From contig JAKFXG010000002.1 in NCBI GenBank assembly GCA_021731495.1, positions 1-61,553 of the forward strand: a stretch of 61,553 nt of DNA. The letters run 5' to 3'. The translations under genes were made by a program, and so were the position numbers. The notes under the pieces were generated by a model. That model did no database searches. It was given only the letters and a program-made list of their open reading frames with translations, and had not been told where the DNA came from. Positions 7,022 to 17,114 of this stretch are shown piece by piece (positions within the stretch are counted from its first letter, which is position 1; every line of letters begins with the position of its first letter). This stretch comes from Candidatus Parcubacteria bacterium (lineage in GTDB: Bacteria > Patescibacteriota > Minisyncoccia > Phycocordibacterales > Phycocordibacteraceae).

Positions 7022-8485
7022 ATGGAATACCGTATCCCAAGCGAAGTCTCCAAAGTCTCCGAAGGATTACGGAAGGCTGGATTCGAGGCGTACCTTGTTG
7101 GGGGGTGCGTCCGCGACCTCATAATCGGTAGAGAGCCGAAAGATTGGGATCTCACTACAAATGCAACTCCTGAGCAGATCCAAGGCGTATTCCCTGATTC
7201 TTTCTATGAAAATGACTACGGAACTGTCGGCGTAAAGACAGGTTCGGAGGACGGGCGTCTTGCCATTGTTGAAGTAACCCCCTATCGCACGGAGTCTGAG
7301 TACTCTGACAAGCGCCGACCCGACAAAGTAGAGTTCGGTGCTTCCCTTCTGGAAGATCTGGCACGTCGCGACTTCACCATCAATGCTATTGCCCTCGAAG
7401 ACTCTAAAGGACATCTGGTTGACCCGTACGACGGTCAAAAGGACATAAAGGACAAGTTGGTGCGTGCCGTCGGTAATGCCAGCCAGCGGTTCAATGAGGA
7501 CGCTCTACGCATGCTTCGTGCAGTCCGTCTCGTAGCTGAGCTTGAATTCGGTATAGACGGCGACACTGCCACTGCAATAAGCGAAAATAGCAAGCATTTA
7601 GGCCAAGTTTCACGTGAAAGAATACGAGATGAGCTCATAAGGATATTGAATTCGAGTAAGCCGATGGATGCACTCGTCCTGGCTCAGAGGCTTGGAATAC
7701 TAGAATTCATAGCGGCAGACCTTATTCGCGGTATTGGTATTGAGCAAAACCAGGCGCATAGCTTTGACGTTTTCGGACATAATCTCCGCACCATGCAGCA
7801 CGCGGCTGATAAGGAGTGGGATTTTGATATCCGTCTCGCTGGTCTTTACCACGACATTTCAAAGCCGGAGACTCGTCGCTGGTCAGAAGAAAAGAAAGAT
7901 TGGACCTTCCATGGACACGAGGTGGTTGGTTCACGTGTAACGAAAAAGGCCCTTGAGGACCTACATTTTTCACGTGAAACGATAGAAAAGGTAGTAAAAC
8001 TGGTCCGTTGGCACATGTTTTTCTCTGATCCGGAGCAGATTACTCTCTCCGCCGTACGGCGCATGATTACGAACGTCGGTGAGGAAAACATATGGGATCT
8101 ACTTAATCTCCGTATCTGCGACCGTATAGGAACTGGCAGGCCTAAGGAACAGCCCTTCCGCTTCCGCAAATACAAGGCGATGGTTGACCAGGCGCTTCGC
8201 GACCCTATCTCCGTGACCATGCTTAAAACGGATGGAAATAGGATTATGGACAAGTTCCACGTGAAACCTGGACCGAAGATAGGTTGGGCACTCAACGCTC
8301 TCCTCGAGGAAATACTTGATGATTCTGCTAAGAATACCGAGGAATATCTCGATAAAAGAACCAGTGAATTGCTCGCTCTATCAGAAAATGACCTTAAAGT
8401 GCTCGGAGAATCGGGGAAAAAGAAGAGGGAAGAGAAGGAAGATGAGGAAATAAAGCATATAATGGAGAAATATCACGTTTGTTGA
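7022..8485 (+). CDS. cca: CCA-adding tRNA nucleotidyltransferase with HD domain
   Basis: GGCVRDLIIGREPKDWDLTT head-domain motif plus a C-terminal HD region. The Met at 7022 fits the family N-terminus. Confidence 0.85.
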   Translation: MEYRIPSEVSKVSEGLRKAGFEAYLVGGCVRDLIIGREPKDWDLTTNATPEQIQGVFPDSFYENDYGTVGVKTGSEDGRLAIVEVTPYRTESEYSDKRRPDKVEFGASLLEDLARRDFTINAIALEDSKGHLVDPYDGQKDIKDKLVRAVGNASQRFNEDALRMLRAVRLVAELEFGIDGDTATAISENSKHLGQVSRERIRDELIRILNSSKPMDALVLAQRLGILEFIAADLIRGIGIEQNQAHSFDVFGHNLRTMQHAADKEWDFDIRLAGLYHDISKPETRRWSEEKKDWTFHGHEVVGSRVTKKALEDLHFSRETIEKVVKLVRWHMFFSDPEQITLSAVRRMITNVGEENIWDLLNLRICDRIGTGRPKEQPFRFRKYKAMVDQALRDPISVTMLKTDGNRIMDKFHVKPGPKIGWALNALLEEILDDSAKNTEEYLDKRTSELLALSENDLKVLGESGKKKREEKEDEEIKHIMEKYHVC

Positions 8486-8821
8486 GCCGTGTTGATGTTC
8501 CACGTGTAACATTCTGGAAGGTATAAAACAACAAAGCCACCCTAGGGTGGTCAGAGCGAATAAGGAGCAGGGGCGTAAATTGGTGCTCAAACCGGAGAAT
8601 AAGGGCAGCTTTTGTTTCGACTGATATTTTGCATACTGGCACTTCCAAAACAAAGTAATCATACCGAGTGGCTTGTGGAGCGGATACGCCGCAGCGCAGG
8701 CAGATACTCGGAAAGGAAGGCAGAACGCCGGCAGAAAGATCCAATAAAGAACATCCCGTCCTTTAGTGATACTAGTCTACTAAAGGACATTGTAAAGGAC
8801 ACCCTGTGGACAACTTGTCCT

Positions 8822-9634
8822 TTATAAGAACGTTATGGAAAGAGGGCAGTGGTCCGAGCCATAAATGTCAGGGTGGATTTCTGCCTTTTTGATCCGCTTC
8901 ATGAACTCACTTGCGACGAAGAAGTAATCGATACGCCATCCAACGTTTCTATCACGCGCGCGGATCTTCATATCCCAATACGTATATGCGTCCTTAGTCT
9001 GAGGGTGGAAGTGGCGGAATGAGTCCACGTATCCCGCCGCAACGACTTCGTCTATCCACGCCCGCTCTTTCGGCAAAAAGCCTGTATTTTCTTCGTTTTC
9101 TTTCGGTCTTGCGAGGTCGATCTCCTCATGGGCCGTGTTCACATCGCCGCAAAATATGACCGGTTTCTGCTTGCGCAGCTTCTCTGCAAAGGTGAGAAAG
9201 GCATCATAATATCGCAGTTTATAGTCGAGTCGTTCGGGACCCTGGCCACCATTGGGGAAGTAGATGTTCAAGAGCCAGAAGTCTTCAAATTCAGCCCCGA
9301 TGAGCCGACCCTCCTGGTCGAATTCCCTTATACCCAGGCCATAAATGACTTTCAAGGGTTCGACCTTGGAATAAATGGCGACGCCGCTATAACCTTTCCT
9401 TAGTTGCGAGGAAGAAAAGAATGACGAGAACCCAGCAGGGGAGCGCATGGCCTCCGGAATCTGTTCGGGACTCGCTTTAGTCTCCTGGAGGCAGAAAATA
9501 TCGGGCTTGGTGCCCTTCAAAAAAGATTCCCAATAGCCATTATTTGCAAGGGAACGCAGGCCGTTTACATTCCAGGAGACGATCTTCACTGGACTATTGT
9601 AGCGCAGGTCGGGTCTAATTCCGACTTTTCCCAT
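8822..9634 (-). CDS. xth: exodeoxyribonuclease III (AP endonuclease)
   Basis: VKIVSWNVNGLRS, QETK, GDVNTAHEEIDL, SDHCPL motifs. Start taken at the Met at 9634; overlaps the Xer gene stop. Confidence 0.9.
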   Translation of the reverse strand: MGKVGIRPDLRYNSPVKIVSWNVNGLRSLANNGYWESFLKGTKPDIFCLQETKASPEQIPEAMRSPAGFSSFFSSSQLRKGYSGVAIYSKVEPLKVIYGLGIREFDQEGRLIGAEFEDFWLLNIYFPNGGQGPERLDYKLRYYDAFLTFAEKLRKQKPVIFCGDVNTAHEEIDLARPKENEENTGFLPKERAWIDEVVAAGYVDSFRHFHPQTKDAYTYWDMKIRARDRNVGWRIDYFFVASEFMKRIKKAEIHPDIYGSDHCPLSITFL

Positions 9635-10535
9635 GGTACTTCTTATGGATTTCGCGGAGGTGCGAGTCTGTGATGTGCGTGTAAATCTGCGTTGTGTTGA
9701 TAGAGGCATGGCCGAGGAGCTGCTGGACGGAGCGAATATCGGCGCCGTTACTCAGTAAGTCAGTAGCAAACGCATGGCGAAGGGTATGGGGCGTGACCAC
9801 ATTCGTAATACCGGCCCGCGTAACATATGCCTTCAAGTGGCGTTGAACGTCGCGGGGGATGATGCGATGCAATTTATTCGGCCTACCGTCTACAAAGAGA
9901 GCTTCTTCCATATCGTTTCGTGCTTTCAAGTATTCGCGTACGGCTTCTTTGGCAGCAGGGGAGAGGAAGACGACGCGCACCTTCTCACCCTTACCGCGTA
10001 CGGATAGCTCGTCGCGTGAGAGGTCAATGTCAGAATTGAGCGCGCAGAGTTCAGACACACGCAGTCCGGTTGAAAAGAGCATCTCAAGGATAGCGCTGTC
10101 TCGCAGGTACATGCGCTCTTTGTCGGGGTCTTTTGCCTTTTTAAATGCTTCTCGCGGTGCCTGCATGAGGCGCTCAAGTTCGGTAGGGGTGATTAGGTCC
10201 AGCTGTCGCTCAGGAAGCTTCGCAAGCTCTATTTTCTCAGGAGAAATGGCGGGAATATCGCGTTTTCTGAGGAATTTGAGGAAAGCGCGCAGCGCGATCA
10301 TGTAGTAATTCTGGGTCCGGCGCTTCATGGAACCGGCAGCCGTACCCGGCTGCCGGTTGAGCCAGAGCCGGAACTCGCGGACATTCTGCTCAGTGATGTC
10401 ACTCACGTCTTTTATGCCCATCTGCGCGAAATAGCGGGTGAGATACCGGTCGTAGTTTTCAATCGTTTTCACCGCGCGGCCGCGCTCGATCTCAATATGC
10501 TCAAGGAATTGGCGTTTTGCCGTCTCGGCGTTCAT
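9615..10535 (-). CDS. tyrosine site-specific recombinase, XerC/XerD type
   Basis: C-terminal HTLRHAFATDLL...GADIRSVQQLLGHASINTTQIYTH. Start at MNAETAKRQFLEHIEIERG. Confidence 0.9.
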   Translation of the reverse strand: MNAETAKRQFLEHIEIERGRAVKTIENYDRYLTRYFAQMGIKDVSDITEQNVREFRLWLNRQPGTAAGSMKRRTQNYYMIALRAFLKFLRKRDIPAISPEKIELAKLPERQLDLITPTELERLMQAPREAFKKAKDPDKERMYLRDSAILEMLFSTGLRVSELCALNSDIDLSRDELSVRGKGEKVRVVFLSPAAKEAVREYLKARNDMEEALFVDGRPNKLHRIIPRDVQRHLKAYVTRAGITNVVTPHTLRHAFATDLLSNGADIRSVQQLLGHASINTTQIYTHITDSHLREIHKKYHGKSRN

Positions 10536-10699
10536 TAAAAGTAGTTTAACACTGTACTTCGCACAATATTCAATGTTATTGATAGGTATAGTAGTCACGT
10601 GTATGATTAATCTCAGAAGCACCCTGACTCCACTTACGGATAAAGGGTCTCGTTTGTGCCAAACTTAACCCAGTAAATCCTCATTAAGGAGGAGTCATC

Positions 10700-11275
10700 A
10701 TGGTCATCCTTGCTCCCTGGAATCGATCTTCGAGTTCTGTCGTTGCGGAAATCGAGCTCGTCGCGGTTGCAGGTAAGCCGACGAGAGAGTGTTTCATTGG
10801 CCCATTGTGGACATACCGCTCCAGTGATATCGACAGTAAACTTCCCGTTTACCAACCGGAGGCCACCGCCTGCGTCATCAAGACAATTGCTACCTCGCGG
10901 GACCGGTTCCTTAAAGATGTCCTCGCCGTCATCCTCGGTGTCGAAAAGGTGACGGACACTCGGCTCCTGGCTCCGCCCCTCATCGAGCGTGGCCACACCA
11001 TTACCTTGCCACAAGCTGAAAAGTTGGCGGACGAGACCAAGTGCTATAAGAAGGTCGTCATGCCTACCGGTAAGCTTGTTTCTAAGCACAAAACCCTCTT
11101 CTTCGTAGAAACTGGAGATCCAAGAAGCCCAATTGCGATTGGCACAATCATGCCTGGCGCCTATGGGCAGGAAGTGCCAAATTTGAGCGTATATATGGAT
11201 TGGTTCGACTTCGATTTCCCCTGGGTCGCTGGCCACCACCTCTTTGTTCGTAATCTGGACACTTCGAAACTCTGA
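10700..11275 (+). CDS. hypothetical protein (191 aa)
   Basis: AAGGAGG 7 nt upstream of the ATG; C-ending codon usage like the neighbouring genes. Preferred over the antisense 230-aa ORF. Confidence 0.55.
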   Translation: MVILAPWNRSSSSVVAEIELVAVAGKPTRECFIGPLWTYRSSDIDSKLPVYQPEATACVIKTIATSRDRFLKDVLAVILGVEKVTDTRLLAPPLIERGHTITLPQAEKLADETKCYKKVVMPTGKLVSKHKTLFFVETGDPRSPIAIGTIMPGAYGQEVPNLSVYMDWFDFDFPWVAGHHLFVRNLDTSKL

Positions 11276-11312
11276 CCTTTGGTCCCTTGCGTTCTGGCAT
11301 TTCTCACCTAAA

Positions 11313-11341
11313 CCCCTCTCATGCATCGCGCGTGGGAGGGG
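11313..11341 (+). terminator. GC-rich hairpin terminator
   Basis: CCCCTC...GAGGGG stem followed by CTTGTCTTTC. Confidence 0.4.
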
Positions 11342-11373
11342 CTTGTCTTTCGAGAGGTGGGATTACACGAGAC

Positions 11374-11402
11374 TTGCATAAATAAGCAAGACGTGGTAGT
11401 GT
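11374..11402 (+). promoter_or_regulatory. candidate promoter TTGCAT-17-TAGTGT upstream of rpsO
   Basis: Hexamers read directly. They imply a very short leader, so confidence is low. Confidence 0.3.
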
Positions 11403-11412
11403 AGTGGGACTC

Positions 11413-11679
11413 ATGCTTACCACAAAGAAAAAGGCGGCGGTTATGAAAAGTACCGCCCGACACGACATGGACACCGGATCGCCGGATGTGCAGGTCGCGC
11501 TCCTTTCGAAGCAGATCGATGATCTTGCCAAGCATCTCAAGAAAAACCCGAAGGATTTTCATTCCCGCCGCGGTCTTCTCCAGATGGTTGCCGATCGCCG
11601 CATGCATCTGCGTTATCTCGAAACGAATGATAAGCGTCGCTACAACGCGCTTATCAAGAAGCTCGGTTTGAAGAAATAA
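11413..11679 (+). CDS. rpsO: 30S ribosomal protein S15
   Basis: DTGSPDVQVALLS..I..L..HLK.N.KD.HSRRGLL.MV..RR..L.YL is characteristic of S15. Confidence 0.95.
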   Translation: MLTTKKKAAVMKSTARHDMDTGSPDVQVALLSKQIDDLAKHLKKNPKDFHSRRGLLQMVADRRMHLRYLETNDKRRYNALIKKLGLKK

Positions 11680-11799
11680 ATCTTTACACCCTCCTTTTTC
11701 TGATAGTATGAGGGAAGCGGCGGTGCCGCGGAATTTTTAATAATCTTTGGGAATTGTTTTTACTACAAACTACTCCCTATCAACTACTAACTATTTATT

Positions 11800-12312
11800 A
11801 TGGCAGTTATCAAACATCCAGCGCAGCGTGTCGGCGTATTTATCGACACACAAAATCTCTATCACAGCGCCAAGCATCTCTACAAAGCACGTGTTAACTT
11901 CGCAAAAGTTCTCGAAGAGGCCGTCGGCGGACGCATCCTCGTCCGTGCCGTCGCGTACGTCATCTCGACTGAGAGCGGGGAAGAGTCGAATTTCTTTGGA
12001 GCGCTTACCAAGATCGGTATTGAAACAAAGGTAAAAGACCTGCAGATATTCGCCGATGGCGCGAAGAAGGCTGACTGGGACGTCGGAATCGCGATTGACG
12101 CGGTCAAAATGTCGCCGAAGCTCGATACGGTCATCATCGCTTCGGGCGATGGTGACTTCATTCCGCTTATCGAATATCTCGACATGCACGGCATTCAAGT
12201 TGAGGTCATCTCCTTTGGCAAGTCCTCTTCGGCCAAGCTCAAAGAAGCCGCGCATGCCTTCACTGACATGTGTGACGACCCCCACAAGTTCACCATCACT
12301 TCAAGAATCTAA
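11800..12312 (+). CDS. NYN-domain (LabA/DUF88-like) protein
   Basis: VGVFIDTQNLYHSAK...VIIASGDGDFIPLIEYL pattern. Confidence 0.8.
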   Translation: MAVIKHPAQRVGVFIDTQNLYHSAKHLYKARVNFAKVLEEAVGGRILVRAVAYVISTESGEESNFFGALTKIGIETKVKDLQIFADGAKKADWDVGIAIDAVKMSPKLDTVIIASGDGDFIPLIEYLDMHGIQVEVISFGKSSSAKLKEAAHAFTDMCDDPHKFTITSRI

Positions 12313-12332
12313 TACATTTTGCTTTGCAGAAT

Positions 12333-12375
12333 ATGCCACCAAAACGCCCCGCTCTGCGGGGCGTTTTGGTGGCAT
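12333..12375. terminator. perfect 20-bp hairpin with an internal terminator core
   Basis: ATGCCACCAAAACGCCCCGC-TCT-GCGGGGCGTTTTGGTGGCAT. Confidence 0.6.
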
Positions 12376-12407
12376 AACTTGTGGCGCAGGGCATTCGATA
12401 CGTTACT

Positions 12408-13631
12408 ATGGTGGTAATGGATACCAACGCAACGCCAGCAAACGATACTCCGGAGAAAAAATCACCACCTACCGGCAAGCAGGAGCCGGAGAAGTATATC
12501 CGCACATTCGCGGGTGACATGGAGGTGCTGCAAAAAGGAGGTGTTCCCGATCTTGTACCGCTTCAAAAGTCGGCGCCGACAGAAGCCAAAGAACCCGCGG
12601 TTCCGTCCCCCGTAATTCCTGTGCCGCCGTCTTCGCCACCAACTCCAGTTCCGCCGCCGCCCCCTGCTGCAGGGTCACAACCAGCCCCTGTCGCGGTGAA
12701 AGAAGAACCGAAGAGTGTTCCGCTCAAGACCTACGAAGGTGATTTTTCTCAACAAGTGAAAGTAACTCAAGCATCAACTGCCACGATACTTGCGGCTGAG
12801 CAAGATTCAACTCCGCAAGCGGCCCAGGAACCCGGGAAGCCTTCACGGAGCAATCTTCTCTACGTCATTGCAGGTATCGTACTTCTTGTCGCAGGGGGAG
12901 CGGGCGCATATATCGCATACTCGCGTTATCTAGCTATACAAGCGCCGGTCGAGCCGGCCCCCGTCGTATCGGCGCCGATATTTGTCGATGAGCGTGAGCA
13001 ACTTTCAGGACAGGGGCCGGCGCTTCTTTTGGCAATTGAGCAGTCGCTCGCTCGGCCTCTTGCTCAAAATGCTGTTCGACTCCTGTACACGGCAAGCTCG
13101 ACTACCATAGGCGTGTTCTCCACTTCCACGCTTCCTGCGTCGGTGCCCAACATCCTGCTCCGCAATGTGAATGCCGCAGGCAGTATGGCGGGCATCGTGA
13201 ATCGTGACGGTTCTCAGAGTCCTTTCTTTATATTGTCTGTCTCCTCATTCGGGGACACGTTTGCGGGCATGCTTGCATGGGAGCCTTTTATTCTGCGCGA
13301 CCTTGCCAGACTTTTCCCCCCATTCCCAGAACCAGTCATCACTACATCTGTAGCCACCTCGACTATTGCGACCACAACTTCAAAAAGCAAGACAAAGGGA
13401 ACGACGACGGCCACCTCGACTACCGCAACGACGACGCCATCTATTCCTGTGGCCCCGCTCACGTTCCGTGATGAAGTCATCGCGAATCATGACGTGCGTA
13501 TCTATCGCGATGCGGCAGGCCGCAGCATTCTCGTGTACGGCTACTGGAACCAAATAACGCTCGTTATCGCACGCAGTCCGGCGGCGTTTACCGAAATACT
13601 CGAACGGCTTGCAACTTCACGGGCGCAGTGA
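12408..13631 (+). CDS. hypothetical single-pass membrane protein, Pro-rich N-terminal part and Thr/Ser-rich segment
   Basis: Long ORF with the genome's typical codon usage; TM LLYVIAGIVLLVAGGAGAYIAY. Start uncertain (12381 GTG or 12408 ATG). Confidence 0.7.
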   Translation: MVVMDTNATPANDTPEKKSPPTGKQEPEKYIRTFAGDMEVLQKGGVPDLVPLQKSAPTEAKEPAVPSPVIPVPPSSPPTPVPPPPPAAGSQPAPVAVKEEPKSVPLKTYEGDFSQQVKVTQASTATILAAEQDSTPQAAQEPGKPSRSNLLYVIAGIVLLVAGGAGAYIAYSRYLAIQAPVEPAPVVSAPIFVDEREQLSGQGPALLLAIEQSLARPLAQNAVRLLYTASSTTIGVFSTSTLPASVPNILLRNVNAAGSMAGIVNRDGSQSPFFILSVSSFGDTFAGMLAWEPFILRDLARLFPPFPEPVITTSVATSTIATTTSKSKTKGTTTATSTTATTTPSIPVAPLTFRDEVIANHDVRIYRDAAGRSILVYGYWNQITLVIARSPAAFTEILERLATSRAQ

Positions 13632-13655
13632 CCGCGGCCCTGCTATTATCCCTGC

Positions 13656-14003
13656 ATGAAAACTGAACAATTTAAGAAAAGACTCGAAGCGGAAAAGGAA
13701 AAATTGGAGATCGAGATGGGAAGTATCGGCCGCGAGAGCTCTACGGTTCCGGGCGACTGGGAACCTATTCCCTCGGAGACGGGCGTCGAGGCAGACCTCG
13801 CTGACCAAGCCGACGTGACCATGAGCCGCGAGAGTAATACCGCCATTCTTGCGGATCTTGAGGCACGGTACGACACCATCTTATCGGCGCTTTCAAGGGT
13901 AGAGAAGAAAACCTATGGAAAGTGCGAGGTGTGCGGAAAACAAATCGACGAAGCCCGTCTTGAAGCCAATCCTGCCGCGACGACCTGCGTCGAGCATTTC
14001 TAA
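13656..14003 (+). CDS. DksA/TraR-family zinc-finger protein
   Basis: C-terminal CEVCGKQIDEARLEANPAATTCVEH (CxxC...CxxH). Confidence 0.8.
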   Translation: MKTEQFKKRLEAEKEKLEIEMGSIGRESSTVPGDWEPIPSETGVEADLADQADVTMSRESNTAILADLEARYDTILSALSRVEKKTYGKCEVCGKQIDEARLEANPAATTCVEHF

Positions 14004-14079
14004 TACCACACCATGCCTGCCCCATTGGATAACTCTCACCCAGATTTTGGTAGTCGCTCTGTTTTGAGCACATGTCCGC

Positions 14080-15648
14080 ATGACTCAACGCCGAACAACT
14101 GAAGGGTATCCAACGGGGCCTGCCGCCCAGCCGAAACTTGGGTATGCGAAAACGCTCGCGGCCCAGCCAGTCGGCTCAGGTGCAGAACTGGTAAATGTCG
14201 AAGCCGATCTCACGCGCGGACTGCATAATTTTTCGGTTGTTGGTCTTGCAGATAAAGCGGTGGAGGAAGCGCGCGACCGGCTGAGCGCCGCGATACGCCA
14301 CTCCGGGTACAAGTCCCCGAAGCAGCAGAACAAACGTATTGTTCTCTCACTGTCTCCGGCGGATCTGAAAAAAGAGGGCTCGCATTACGATCTTGCACTT
14401 GCACTCGCGTATCTCATCGCCGTTGGCGACGTGCCATCTCCCGAAGAAGACGTGTTGTTCATTGGCGAGCTCTCACTCGACGGGACATTGAGAGCGGTCC
14501 GCGGCGTCCTGCCGCAAGTGCTTGCCGCTAAACGGCACGACATAAAAACAATTTTCGTACCGCCAGGGAATGCGCGTGAAGCGCTCCTCGCCGAAGGCCT
14601 TACGATCTATGCGCCGAAGTCGCTTTCAGAACTGATACTGCATTTGAAAAGAGAGAAACCGTTACCGCGCCAGGTGCGCGATCGGCGCACTCCGGTACCA
14701 CCGCCAGCGCTTGACCTCTCTGACGTGAAAGGGCAGGAGAGTGCGAAACGTGCGCTTGAGATAGCGGCCGCCGGCCGCCACAACATCGTGTTTTACGGTC
14801 CTCCGGGCACCGGCAAGACCATGCTCGCTCGCGCGCTTGCAGGCATTCTCCCGCCACTCACCGATGACGACATGCTTGAAGTAACCGCAATACATTCGAC
14901 CGCGGGGCTGCTCCAAGATGGCGAAGCGGTATATTGGCCGCCGTTTCGCGCGCCGCACCATTCGGTTTCGCATGTCGCGATTGTGGGCGGCGGCGCATTT
15001 CCAAAAGCCGGTGAAGTAACGCTTGCACACAAGGGCGTTCTTTTCCTGGACGAATTTCCGGAGTTTGAGTCGAGAGCGCTCGAAGCGCTGCGACAACCGC
15101 TTGAGGACCGTATAGTTACCGTCTCGCGCGCACGTGCGACCGTTACGTTCCCGGCGGATTGCATGATCGTTGCCGCGATGAATCCTGCGGACACTATTTC
15201 GAGTGATGCGCGCGTTGCACTGCGCGCTGCAGCGAAACAAGCGCGGCGCATCTCGCGGCCCATTGTCGATCGTCTCGATCTCTGGATCGAAGTGCCGCTT
15301 GTCCCACACGACACACTATCGAAACTTTCGAGTGGAGAGTCCTCCGATGATGTGCGCAAGCGCGTCGTTGTGGCGCGCACGCGCGCAGAAAAACGCACCG
15401 GCAAGAAGGGCGCGACGAATGCCGCGCTCACGAGCCGCGAGCTTGATGAAAAAAGCGGCTTCAACGATGTTTCAAAAGAAGCTCTTACGAGCGCCGCCGC
15501 GCGCCTGAACCTTTCCCCACGCAGCTACCATCGCACCATGCGCGTGGCACGCACTATTGCTGACCTCGCCGGTGCTGACGAGGTCACTCCCGCTTTCGTG
15601 CACGAAGCACTTCAGTATCGTCCTCGCGGACTTTTTGGGTTCGAATAG
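14080..15648 (+). CDS. YifB/ComM-family Mg-chelatase-like AAA+ ATPase
   Basis: Lon-like N-domain, then [39 protein letters not shown] and [10 protein letters not shown]. Confidence 0.9.
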   Translation: MTQRRTTEGYPTGPAAQPKLGYAKTLAAQPVGSGAELVNVEADLTRGLHNFSVVGLADKAVEEARDRLSAAIRHSGYKSPKQQNKRIVLSLSPADLKKEGSHYDLALALAYLIAVGDVPSPEEDVLFIGELSLDGTLRAVRGVLPQVLAAKRHDIKTIFVPPGNAREALLAEGLTIYAPKSLSELILHLKREKPLPRQVRDRRTPVPPPALDLSDVKGQESAKRALEIAAAGRHNIVFYGPPGTGKTMLARALAGILPPLTDDDMLEVTAIHSTAGLLQDGEAVYWPPFRAPHHSVSHVAIVGGGAFPKAGEVTLAHKGVLFLDEFPEFESRALEALRQPLEDRIVTVSRARATVTFPADCMIVAAMNPADTISSDARVALRAAAKQARRISRPIVDRLDLWIEVPLVPHDTLSKLSSGESSDDVRKRVVVARTRAEKRTGKKGATNAALTSRELDEKSGFNDVSKEALTSAAARLNLSPRSYHRTMRVARTIADLAGADEVTPAFVHEALQYRPRGLFGFE

Positions 15649-15827
15649 GCAAAATTTTGCGGACTTACTGGCCTCGGCCAGAACCCCCGTCTGCTTTGCG
15701 GCGGGGATGAATGGCCGAAATTAAATATGCGCGGCAGCGGGAGCCGCATCCTTATCCAGAAAAACACCCTGGTGTCCGTCCGCCAATGCCCCGTCCGCTT
15801 GCGGCGGGGAGGGCGAGACGGATTGTT

Positions 15828-16844
15828 TTACTGCGGAGCGCAGACGGTGCCAACGGGACAATTGCGGAAAGGATTTGCCGCACCGCGAACTTCGAAGTGG
15901 AGGTGCGGGCCGGTCGAGAGGCCAGTTGCGCCGATGTATCCAATGATCTGGCCGGATGATACGGATTGTCCTGGCGAGACGATGGCATTCTTCATGTGCG
16001 AGTAGAGAGTCTGTGTGCCGTTATCGTGCGTGATGACCACATAGTTGCCATAACCACCGTTCCACGCACCGTTGTTGCGTGCAACGATGACGACGCCGTT
16101 TGCGGCAGCATGGATGGGTGTGCCGCGCGGAGCGCCGAAGTCGACACCATTCCATCCATGGATTCCCTGCGTGACCGCGATTCCCGACACAGGATGGCCG
16201 TAGTAGCCCGCTTGCAGAGCGCCGCTACCACCCAGGTACGGCTCGCGGATGGTGGACAGGGCGCGCGAACGCGGCGCGACAGGGACGGCGATTTCACCTC
16301 CCGGGATAATGACAGTTGAACCGACCTTGAGCGGCTCCGCAGGGTCGAGTCTGTTGAATTGCGCTATGTCGTCTGTGTCAGCGTTGTATTTCTTCGCAAG
16401 AGATTTGAGAGTATCACCCCTGACAATGGTGCGTTCGACACCCGAGACGGGCAGAATAACGAGTGTGTTCCCCGGGTGCACGTCGCGCGCGCTCTTGAGG
16501 TTGTTTGCCCACAGTATGGTGTTCACTGAGACATCGAACATGTCTGCGATATCCGAAAGGGTGTCGCCCGCGCGCACTACGTAGACCGAAATACGACCAG
16601 GCTGTGTCGAGCCTGCAACATCGGCGATGGTGCCGGAGGGCCCTGTACTAGCGAGGAGAGCTCTTCCTCCGCTTGTCTGGATGCTGTCGCCGAGACCCTT
16701 GTGCGGATTCGGATCGAAATTAATGGAGGCTTGAAGCACCGGAGTTGAGGAGTCTGGTACAAACGTGTCCATCGCCGCATCTGCTTGTATAGAAAACGGC
16801 CAAAACGCCTGTGCTTTGTTTGGCGTGAAAGCGGCCGCGAACAT
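15828..16844 (-). CDS. LysM-LysM-M23 peptidoglycan metalloendopeptidase
   Basis: Two LysM repeats (YVVRAGDTLSDIA..., IVRGDTLKSLAKKY) and M23 motifs HGWNGVDFGA...GATGLSTGPHLHFEV. The true start may lie upstream (see findings). Confidence 0.9.
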   Translation of the reverse strand: MFAAAFTPNKAQAFWPFSIQADAAMDTFVPDSSTPVLQASINFDPNPHKGLGDSIQTSGGRALLASTGPSGTIADVAGSTQPGRISVYVVRAGDTLSDIADMFDVSVNTILWANNLKSARDVHPGNTLVILPVSGVERTIVRGDTLKSLAKKYNADTDDIAQFNRLDPAEPLKVGSTVIIPGGEIAVPVAPRSRALSTIREPYLGGSGALQAGYYGHPVSGIAVTQGIHGWNGVDFGAPRGTPIHAAANGVVIVARNNGAWNGGYGNYVVITHDNGTQTLYSHMKNAIVSPGQSVSSGQIIGYIGATGLSTGPHLHFEVRGAANPFRNCPVGTVCAPQ

Positions 16845-17114
16845 GATGACCCCGAACCCTGCGACGAATACTATGCACTGTTCGGCGATTCGGTATGTAC
16901 CCGGTCTCGTGTCTTGCGGCAGCGAGTCGGGGGATTTCGGATTTAAATCAATAGAAAAACTAGGGGAATGTGGTGTGTCTGCGAATACAAAAATGGCCTA
17001 AATACCCTGTATATAAGCCATTTCTTGAATACTTTCTTATCAGTCGATACTTGGAGTATAGCCGAGTGGGAACGGGAGTCAATTAACCCGTCCGATAGCT
17101 GTGGAGAGCGGTTT

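Noticed and set aside
6592-7131. 179-aa plus-strand ORF, and the N-terminal part of the 6917-8485 ORF.
   Set aside because: It runs across tRNA-Arg and the repeat elements. The cca family N-terminus begins at the Met at 7022.
8690-8730. SRP-RNA-like string CGGAAAGGAAGGCAGAAC (compare GGAAGGAAGCAGC of 4.5S RNA helix 8).
   Set aside because: The flanks cannot form the helix 8 stem or place a GNAR tetraloop correctly, and there is no 5'/3' closing helix.
10561-10590. dif-like site next to the Xer recombinase gene (GCACAATA-TTCAATGT-TATTGATA).
   Set aside because: Only 5 bp of dyad symmetry (CAATA/TATTG), which is too weak to call without a comparative dif model.
10634-11326. 230-aa minus-strand ORF overlapping the 10700-11275 plus-strand ORF.
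   Set aside because: The plus-strand ORF has a perfect AAGGAGG at ideal spacing and C-ending codon usage like the neighbouring genes. The minus ORF has neither. The call remains uncertain.
14662-15464. Long antisense ORFs (215 and 223 aa) inside the comM/yifB gene. Similar ones lie at 42831-43639, 43646-44236, 31543-32127 and 28618-29298, opposite ribosomal, secY, tuf and fusA genes.
   Set aside because: They are shadow ORFs typical of GC-rich coding DNA. The sense-strand genes have unmistakable family motifs, and the antisense translations are Arg/Ser/Ala-rich with no motifs or RBS.
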